Assembly (NCBI GenBank): GCA_039799905.1
Contig: JBDLRP010000021.1
Location: 128,001 to 192,000 of the forward strand
DNA from: Pseudomonadota bacterium
Lineage (GTDB): Bacteria > Bdellovibrionota_B > Oligoflexia > Silvanigrellales > Silvanigrellaceae
Length of the DNA stretch: 64,000 nucleotides
Direction: 5' to 3'
The position numbers were made by a program, and so were the translations under genes. How positions within the stretch are numbered: position 1 is the stretch's first letter; the number at the start of each line of letters is the position of its first letter. Below are positions 56,962 through 64,000 of this stretch, in pieces. The notes beneath the pieces are model-generated. The model saw nothing but the letters and a program-made list of their open reading frames with translations. It had not been told where the DNA came from and ran no database searches.

Positions 56962-59900
56962 ATGATCATGCAGAGGCTGCAGATTGGACAAAAAATCTGC
57001 GCAGGCAGATTTGAAATAGAATCACTGCTGGGCAGTGGAGGGTGTGGAGAAGTCTACCTCGGACGCGATCTTCATAGCGAGGAGCGAAAACTTGTTGCAC
57101 TCAAAATCTATGCAGAGACCTTGTCGGCCGGCACTGCCATCTTAGAGGTTAATGCTCAGATACAACGCGAAGCCTCAACAATTTTAAGAATCGATTCGGA
57201 CACGATCGTCAAAGGACAGGAACTTGTCAGTGCTTCTGAAATGACGATTCTCGTTCAGGAATATCTCTCAGGCGGTTCTCTCCAGGACGCAATCCGAACC
57301 AATTTGCGTGACTTTGCTACCCCTGAAAAATGGCTGCGTGTGGCGATCGCTTTGGCGGACGGTCTCGCGGCAGTGCACAGCGCAGGACTGATTCACGGAG
57401 ACATCAAACCCACAAACATCGGCTTTCGAGATGTTGCCCACCAGCGCATCGTCTTTCATGATTTCGGTCAGGCTGCGCTCATTAACACCCGTGATTTTCT
57501 GACTCGAACGGTTCAGGCAATGGGCACACTGCCCTACCTTGCCCCCGAGCGGACTGGCTTCATCAAATCCAGCCGTGACGAACAGTCCGACCTGTATTCG
57601 CTTGGCGCAACCCTTTACGAAATGGTTGCAGGCCATCCGCCTTTTGAGGAAGCGACACCCGCGGCTCTAATTGAAAAGATACTCAACGGTGTGGCATCAC
57701 CCCTATGCACTGTGGTCAGCGACTTCCCCGAGCCACTCAGCGACATTGTCCTGAAGCTTTTGCGAAAAAATCCGGACGAACGCTATTTTAGCGCCGCCGG
57801 ATTGGCGCACGATCTAAAAACCAGCCTTCATTCAATCGAGTCGACCAATTCCATTGCTTCTTTTGCACTCGGCAAGAAGGATCGCTTTCGCGAGCTTAAC
57901 AACAAATCAACCTTCGTCGGCCGAGTCAGTGAAATCGGAAAGCTCTCTGGCATGTTAAGCGAAACGATTTCCGGCAAGGGTGGATGTGCTTTTATTGGTG
58001 CACCGTCGGGAGCTGGCAAATCGAGTCTCTGCAGAAAGGTGGCGATTGAGGCCGCCGACAAAAATGTTCTGACCATGACCGGAAAATTTTCCGAATTCGA
58101 GCGCAACCTGCCCTTATCGGGAATCCTTTCGGTCATCCAAGCATTTTTGACAAAAATAAAGCTCGAACCCGCTTACGTGCAGGCAGAATGGGCGAATAAA
58201 ACAAGCACAAAGCTGGGTCCAAAACTCACCCTACTCACGCATCGTCTTGGCTTCCTGAGGGACGTCTTCGCGATTGAGCTGGACGAGGTTCATCAGGAGT
58301 TTGAAGACGAACAAAGAGCGTTCGCAGAATCGATTGTTGAACTTATCGCTGAGATGGGGACACACCATGATGGCCTGATGCTTGTTCTCGATGACTTGCA
58401 ATGGGCAGACAGCGAAAGCATGTCCGTCGTTGAGGTCATCACCGATTACGCGCGCAGAGATGTACTTGGAAAAATTCTCTTGCTGGGATGCTACCGCAGT
58501 AACGAAGTGAATCAGGAACATCCATTGCAACTGCGTGTCCTGCAATATCAGGCGCGGCAATCGCATTTCGAGCTTGGTCCGCTGAGCGAAGCCGAATCCG
58601 ATTCGCTGATCGCGCACCTTCTCGATGAAACTGGACCAGAGGTCACGAAACTGCAGAACATGTGCTATCTGCTGACACAGGGGAACCCTTTCTACCTCAG
58701 GGAGTATCTGGGCTTCTGTCTTGCTCGTGAGATCTACAGCGCAGGTGCGAACGCTACAAACTGGACTTTCGATGTCGCAAAGGCACAGAATGCATCACTG
58801 ACTTTCGGAATCGCATCGCTAGTTTCAGAACGAATCAGCGAGCTCAACCAAGAGGCAAAGCAACTTTTGCTGGTTGCAAGCGCAGTCGGCAATGAGGTCA
58901 GCCTCTCGGCCATCGAGCACCTTCTGCGCGAGAAAGATATCCTCACGCCCGTCTTGCGCTCACTCACGGAGCTTGCTGACAAGCATCTCATTTTCTTCAG
59001 CAGCGACAAAATGACGTTCGTGCATGACAAGGTGCGTGAGGCTGCCTATCAAATAGCTGGCCATGAATTGCGCAAAGACTGCCACCACAATTACGCAGTA
59101 TGGCTGCACAAGAAGATATATGCTGAGAAAGAGAATAACCCTCATACGACAGCATCGAACGAGATTTTTGAGCTGGCATATCATCTCAAAAACGGCTCAC
59201 CAGAGAGAAATCCACATTGGGCGCGAAGAATTTTTCTTGATTCCGGACGAATGGCTTTGAAGGTCTTTGCCTTTCAAAAAGCACTCGAGTACTCCCAGAC
59301 GGCTCATGACCTGCTTCCGAAAGATTGCTCCACCTCGGCAATTCTGATGAATGAATTCATCGAAATAACCGAAATTCTTGCGGATGCCCGTGTCCTCAAC
59401 GCCGATCCTGTTGGAGCGGTCAATCTTTACGAAAGTATCATTCCATCAGTTGAAGACAAACTTCACAAAAGCGAAATTCTCGCAAAAGTTTGTGATTGCA
59501 ATCTGACTTTGTTCCGTTACCGCGACAGCCTCGCGAGCGGGGAGCAGGGGATGAGATTGCTAGGGAGAACGATAGACAAGAGTGAGCTCAAGGCTGTTCT
59601 CGTAATATTGACCTTGTTCGTTCCCTTCTGTGTTGGTCTCGTGTACTGGAGATTTTTCGGCAGGCAACGTGAAGCCGAGAATTCCCGCGAGGAACAAGTT
59701 GCCTTTAAATTGATTATTTCCCTTCAGGTTGGTCTCTTTTTTTCTCGCCCGCTCTGTGCGGTCAGCACTCAGATGCGTTACACCTTTGCATTTCTCCGAC
59801 AGAGGCCAAACCAGCAGCGCGCAATTATGGTTTCATATTGGGCAGTCATTCTTGCAACGTTCGGCTTGGCCAGGATTGCCGATCCGCTTTTTCGAAACGC

Positions 59901-62190
59901 ATTGAAATATTTCGAACAAAATCCTGATCCCATCTGTCGCGCCTTTGTTTTATTCGTGTGGAGCTACCTCAATGAATTTCCACGCGCGCGCATCAAGGAA
60001 GCACACACCAAACACCAACAAGCTCTCGATCTTTTGGAAAACGCGGGCGAGTCTTTCTATCGTGTGCTGACGATGCAGGGCCTCATTCAGATGGATGAAT
60101 ATGCTCTGGGAAATGGTGAGAGTTATGCTCTCCACTCAAAGTATGCAGAGCTGATTCTTCGGATTAAACAGGCTCCCACAATTCTTGATGCTGTTCTCCG
60201 GCATCTCCTGTTGACAGGGAATACCGCCGACTGCCAAAAATATGAGGCGCTCGTAATACAGGCGGCAACTGCAAACAGATCCGACGGCTTCGATACAGTG
60301 GATGCTTGCTACGCGAAAATCTCTTTGGGGGAAATCAACCTTTTAAGAGAGGATCCAGAGAGGGCACTTCCCTATCTGCAGGACGCATTCGGCAGTATCA
60401 CGAGACATTTTCATCGAATCGTCTATTGCATCTTTGCACCCGTGTTGCTTGCAACTTGCTATATCAGACTCAATCGTCCGATGGCGGCAATTCCTCCACT
60501 GATGCTTGCGTGGGTCAATCAATTGTTCTCTGCGCGGCTGCTGCTTCCAAAGACAATCTTTATTACTGGCGAGATGCTCTATCGCAACGGGTTTCAAGTT
60601 ATAGGCCGTTGGTTAGCCCAAAAGGGGATTGCAAGAGCAGATCAGTTGCACCTTCCTGCCATTTTCTTCGAATTGAGAATGTATCTCGCTCATCTCATTA
60701 TCGATGAAGACCCTGAATATGCACAAGTGTTGTATCGGATGTGCCGCGAATACTACTCGGAAAGGCAGTACGTCTATTTCGTGGATCGCTGCGACCGCGG
60801 AACCGCGCGGACGGAAGAGATCATGGAAACAAAGCAGGAGCGCGTCAGTCTTTCAGGTCAGTCCGGTTCTCATTTGAGCCTGACCGAACTGATGCGGCCC
60901 AAGGTCGAGTTGGAATCACTCTTGCAGATCTTTTTGACTCTCAGCGCTACGACCAACAAAACGCAACTGCTGGAAGCTGCCATCGATGCTATGAACAAAA
61001 TCACCGGCGCCCGATTCGCGGTCCTCTTTCTCCTTGAGGAAAAGCATCTCGTCCCCGTGAGCACACTCGGAATCTCATTGGAGAATCTTAGAATTAGCCT
61101 GAATCCTGCTTTCGGCGTAGACCAATGGTTTCTCGAGAAATGCAACCAAGAGGAAAATCCAGAGCCCACCATAAGACCCAAAGCCTGGCGCACTGCGCAT
61201 TCAGCGTGCGATGGTTCCGTTATGGTCGTTCCATTGATGTTCAAAGAACACGTTTACGGATACTGCTATCTCGCACATCCAGACATTACTGACTACTTCG
61301 ATGCGCGGTCCCAGCAAATCGTTGCCCCGCTCGCATCGCAGGCTGCGATTGCCTACCACAACTTCATCCTCTTCAACTCCAAAGAAGAAAAGGCTCGCAT
61401 CGAAGCGGAACTTGAGGCCGCACGTGCGGTTCAGAATGCATTGCTTCCTGACAACATCATCGCACCAAACACCCTGATATCACATTTTTATGAACCAGCA
61501 TCCGAAACAGGAGGCGATTGGTATCATCATCACTATGACCCCATCCGCAATCGACTTTTCATCCTAGTTGGAGATGTCACAGGACATGGGCTTCCCTCGG
61601 CTCTATTGACAGCTGTCGTCAGCGGGGCGGTTCTATCGCACCTGCAGAAAGAGTCGAAACGCCCACTTGAGCGACTGACGTCAATACAAGAAAGTCTGCA
61701 TGAGCTTTCGAGAATCGCCAACGCTTCAGTTCATATGTCTGGCTCACGGAGTCAGAGGTACATGACAATGGCATTTGCCTGTCTTGATTTAGAATCTGGA
61801 GAATTAGGCCTGATGAGCGCGGGACACGTCCCACCCTTTATCTATTCACACTCGGAAAACTCAGTTACCACGTTGCCGTGCAGCGGATCGCTTCTGGGCT
61901 TCTCAGAAAATCCGAGCTTCGGATATGCGTCCTGTACCCTCAACAGCGGAGACACCGTCTTTTTCTACACGGACGGGCTTCTGGAGAATTCAACCGAAAA
62001 GGGTCCAATGCTTCCCTCACGAATGCTGAGAAAACTGCTCATCCAAAATGACTCACCCCAAATCTGCGTCGAATCAATCTCCCAAATTTTCACACCTGCC
62101 GGAAGAGAGCAGCCGCTCGATGATGATGTCACGGTTTACATGTTTCGCTGGAACGGAAGTGGGACGCGGGTCACTGAAAAAGCAAGCTGA
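56962..62190 (+). CDS. Ser/Thr kinase - STAND/AAA ATPase - TPR-like - GAF - SpoIIE/PP2C phosphatase multidomain protein
   Basis: LGSGGCGEVY, VALK, HGDIKPTN, DFG, YLAPE; GAPSGAGKS and LVLDDLQWAD; GAF; GGDWY, GDVTGHG, YTDGLLE, DDVT. Confidence 0.93.
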   Translation: MIMQRLQIGQKICAGRFEIESLLGSGGCGEVYLGRDLHSEERKLVALKIYAETLSAGTAILEVNAQIQREASTILRIDSDTIVKGQELVSASEMTILVQEYLSGGSLQDAIRTNLRDFATPEKWLRVAIALADGLAAVHSAGLIHGDIKPTNIGFRDVAHQRIVFHDFGQAALINTRDFLTRTVQAMGTLPYLAPERTGFIKSSRDEQSDLYSLGATLYEMVAGHPPFEEATPAALIEKILNGVASPLCTVVSDFPEPLSDIVLKLLRKNPDERYFSAAGLAHDLKTSLHSIESTNSIASFALGKKDRFRELNNKSTFVGRVSEIGKLSGMLSETISGKGGCAFIGAPSGAGKSSLCRKVAIEAADKNVLTMTGKFSEFERNLPLSGILSVIQAFLTKIKLEPAYVQAEWANKTSTKLGPKLTLLTHRLGFLRDVFAIELDEVHQEFEDEQRAFAESIVELIAEMGTHHDGLMLVLDDLQWADSESMSVVEVITDYARRDVLGKILLLGCYRSNEVNQEHPLQLRVLQYQARQSHFELGPLSEAESDSLIAHLLDETGPEVTKLQNMCYLLTQGNPFYLREYLGFCLAREIYSAGANATNWTFDVAKAQNASLTFGIASLVSERISELNQEAKQLLLVASAVGNEVSLSAIEHLLREKDILTPVLRSLTELADKHLIFFSSDKMTFVHDKVREAAYQIAGHELRKDCHHNYAVWLHKKIYAEKENNPHTTASNEIFELAYHLKNGSPERNPHWARRIFLDSGRMALKVFAFQKALEYSQTAHDLLPKDCSTSAILMNEFIEITEILADARVLNADPVGAVNLYESIIPSVEDKLHKSEILAKVCDCNLTLFRYRDSLASGEQGMRLLGRTIDKSELKAVLVILTLFVPFCVGLVYWRFFGRQREAENSREEQVAFKLIISLQVGLFFSRPLCAVSTQMRYTFAFLRQRPNQQRAIMVSYWAVILATFGLARIADPLFRNALKYFEQNPDPICRAFVLFVWSYLNEFPRARIKEAHTKHQQALDLLENAGESFYRVLTMQGLIQMDEYALGNGESYALHSKYAELILRIKQAPTILDAVLRHLLLTGNTADCQKYEALVIQAATANRSDGFDTVDACYAKISLGEINLLREDPERALPYLQDAFGSITRHFHRIVYCIFAPVLLATCYIRLNRPMAAIPPLMLAWVNQLFSARLLLPKTIFITGEMLYRNGFQVIGRWLAQKGIARADQLHLPAIFFELRMYLAHLIIDEDPEYAQVLYRMCREYYSERQYVYFVDRCDRGTARTEEIMETKQERVSLSGQSGSHLSLTELMRPKVELESLLQIFLTLSATTNKTQLLEAAIDAMNKITGARFAVLFLLEEKHLVPVSTLGISLENLRISLNPAFGVDQWFLEKCNQEENPEPTIRPKAWRTAHSACDGSVMVVPLMFKEHVYGYCYLAHPDITDYFDARSQQIVAPLASQAAIAYHNFILFNSKEEKARIEAELEAARAVQNALLPDNIIAPNTLISHFYEPASETGGDWYHHHYDPIRNRLFILVGDVTGHGLPSALLTAVVSGAVLSHLQKESKRPLERLTSIQESLHELSRIANASVHMSGSRSQRYMTMAFACLDLESGELGLMSAGHVPPFIYSHSENSVTTLPCSGSLLGFSENPSFGYASCTLNSGDTVFFYTDGLLENSTEKGPMLPSRMLRKLLIQNDSPQICVESISQIFTPAGREQPLDDDVTVYMFRWNGSGTRVTEKAS

Positions 62191-62262
62191 ACTTTACAGT
62201 GTCGCCGGCAGACGAAAAGTAATCGAAAGCATGCAGATATGCCGAGCTGCCCGAAGCGTATT

Positions 62263-63270
62263 TTATCTCCTGCCAAGAAGCGCAAGGACAACTGCATGTT
62301 GCTCGGCGGTCAACTCGCCACTTAAAATTGCGGCACGAAGACGCTCAGCGATCTTTTCAGCAGGCACAACATAGGTCAGCAGCGACCAGACTTCCTCATC
62401 GCGACGGGACTGCATCTCTCTGAGATAGCTTGAGCGCTGAACCCGACGCTCCTTTGGAATTGCCCCTGTCCAAACAATGCCGACCAATTTCCCACTCAGA
62501 CGACTGAATACTGCTGAGCCTGAATCACCGTGGGATACGCTACAGCCGGTCGCAAACGACCAAGCTTTGTAATCTGCCGGATTGTAGCGATCGGGATCAG
62601 CCAAAAGACGAAACTCACCGTCACCCGAGATCACACGGCAGTCATCATTCTCGTTGACAACCATCTGCCGTGAGGCATTTCCGGCAATCCCGAATCCCGC
62701 AGTCAGCAAAGGCAAATCAACCGAGACGTTGTCGAGAAAATCAAAATTTCTGCCGACATCTTGCAGATCACGATCGACTAAAGCGTTGCCCTCAAGAGTG
62801 AACAGTGCCAGATCAACCTCAGGCCAGCTGCCGATGAACGCTTTGCAGCGATGACGCTTCTTACGGGCAGTAAAGTTTACACTCCGTCCATCGCACTCCC
62901 AATCCGAACTCATGACGTGGTGGTTGGTAGCCATGACATGCTGTCCAGCAAAGCGGCCAAGGTAAAATGCAGTTGCAGAATTAAAAAATGCAGTTGCATG
63001 GACAGCGCCATAATAGACAGGATCAGTTTCCGGCCGACGTGCAGGATCAACAACCTTTTTTCCCCATTCATCGCCGATCTGATAATCAAGCACTCCAGCA
63101 AATAAAAATCTCTCGACAAGCTTGGAAAGCCGTAGCGGTGAACCAGAACCCAGTTGACGGACAAATTCTGAATTTTCATCAAAGTCAGAAATTGGATCAG
63201 CGTAAACTGAACTTTGACTGAAAAGTATTGTCAGTAAGAAAAAGGTATTCAGAAAATTCTTAAGCTTCAT
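62263..63270 (-). CDS. Secreted trypsin-like serine protease
   Basis: GGAGG RBS, signal peptide, ATNHHV, DLALF, HGDSGS. Confidence 0.88.
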   Translation of the reverse strand: MKLKNFLNTFFLLTILFSQSSVYADPISDFDENSEFVRQLGSGSPLRLSKLVERFLFAGVLDYQIGDEWGKKVVDPARRPETDPVYYGAVHATAFFNSATAFYLGRFAGQHVMATNHHVMSSDWECDGRSVNFTARKKRHRCKAFIGSWPEVDLALFTLEGNALVDRDLQDVGRNFDFLDNVSVDLPLLTAGFGIAGNASRQMVVNENDDCRVISGDGEFRLLADPDRYNPADYKAWSFATGCSVSHGDSGSAVFSRLSGKLVGIVWTGAIPKERRVQRSSYLREMQSRRDEEVWSLLTYVVPAEKIAERLRAAILSGELTAEQHAVVLALLGRR

Positions 63271-63291
63271 CAACCCTCCGATGAATAACAA

Positions 63292-64000
63292 TCAACGGCA
63301 GGCCAGCGCTCCGAAACTTCCGGACAGCTCAAAATCCATCTTTCCGTCCACCATCTTGCCCTGGTCGCAGCCAAACACGGCGGGTAAAAGATACTTGAAC
63401 TGTTCCTCAAGCTTGCCCTTCAGGGTCAAAGCAAGTTTCAGGTTGACGTCGTTGACAGCCAGAGAATCGGAGATATTCACGCGTCCGGCTACATCAACCC
63501 CAATATCATTTGCAATGAATTTTGTGTCCTGTGTAATCTCAAGCGACTTTTTTGCCAGATTGAGCCTGATCCGCGCGGCCGAGAAATCCTGCTGTGGGAT
63601 CTGTATGCTTTCGTCCCTGAAAGCGAGGTAGGCTTTCACAAGCTTCACATCAATGTTGGCTCGTGCCTTTTCGAATGACTCTCCGGCTGGTGGAAGTTCG
63701 ACAGTTGAGAGACCAGTGAGCTGCCCGCCAATCTCGGTCTTAAGAAATGGCTCGATTGTCTTCAGATTGGGGCTATCCTGTGCTCTGACGTATGCCAATG
63801 CATTAGCGACCAACGACTTGATTTCAAAATTGGTAAAAGTCACTGCAAGCTGACCCGATGGCAAGCGAACGTTTTTTGCTGTCGCCAACTTGAATAGAGA
63901 ATAAAGGCTGTCGCTGACGTTCACATCAAGGCTGCCGCCGGACTGCGTCACCCGCAGGCTCGCATCAATTTTTCCCACAAAAATCGGAAGCACGTTCAAG
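63292..64000 (-). CDS. GspN-like type II secretion protein, C-terminal part (runs off the window)
   Basis: Open frame to the window edge; beta-taco/AsmA-like strand pattern ending in ELSGSFGAL. Confidence 0.45.
   Translation of the reverse strand, partial: LNVLPIFVGKIDASLRVTQSGGSLDVNVSDSLYSLFKLATAKNVRLPSGQLAVTFTNFEIKSLVANALAYVRAQDSPNLKTIEPFLKTEIGGQLTGLSTVELPPAGESFEKARANIDVKLVKAYLAFRDESIQIPQQDFSAARIRLNLAKKSLEITQDTKFIANDIGVDVAGRVNISDSLAVNDVNLKLALTLKGKLEEQFKYLLPAVFGCDQGKMVDGKMDFELSGSFGALACR

Noticed and set aside
1..64000. tRNA, rRNA, SRP/tmRNA, known riboswitch aptamers, IS elements, prophage and defence systems
   Set aside because: No recognisable signatures found by eye; a covariance-model or HMM scan could still reveal divergent ones

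Overview
Gene-dense chromosomal window of about 52 CDS with moderate GC. I found no rRNA, tRNA, CRISPR array, transposase, integrase or phage genes. The gene set suggests a Bdellovibrionota/Oligoflexia-like or other former-deltaproteobacterial organism (inference only): pilMNOPQ, an MglA-like GTPase, a GspN-like protein, secreted trypsin-like proteases and many orphan lipoproteins. From left to right: a type IV pilus pilMNOPQ operon whose secretin has a ~176-aa Gly/Asn tail, followed by an Ig-like lipoprotein, a TPR protein, aroQ, manA, a degenerate MglA and a divergent patatin-like lipoprotein; tldD-pmbA-hemW, where the TldD/PmbA pair looks cyanobacterial; aspS; a beta-barrel plus diheme cytochrome pair; fahA with a conserved unknown partner; a peptide ABC transporter without an ATPase gene; a protease; NfeD-SPFH; yebC; fadIJ; a cyclophilin; thrS; a NUDIX hydrolase; fabD-map; a stress cluster (Hsp20, EEP nuclease, small Zn-ribbon protein, FeS-type photolyase, KGG protein); a large NAD-GDH; an AI-2E transporter; a UbiD decarboxylase; a FliT-like / degenerate glycosyltransferase-TPR module; a TraF-like barrel plus TPR lipoprotein; a Nit1-like amidase; a 1742-aa kinase-STAND-GAF-PP2C protein; a second protease; and a partial gspN. 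The best leads are the extended pilus locus with its degenerate enzymes, the fahA partner as a candidate novel isomerase, and three putative cis-regulatory RNAs read directly from the sequence: a tRNA-Thr anticodon mimic before thrS, an RNA thermometer before hsp20, and a two-state leader before gdh. All family assignments come from motif recognition, not database searches.
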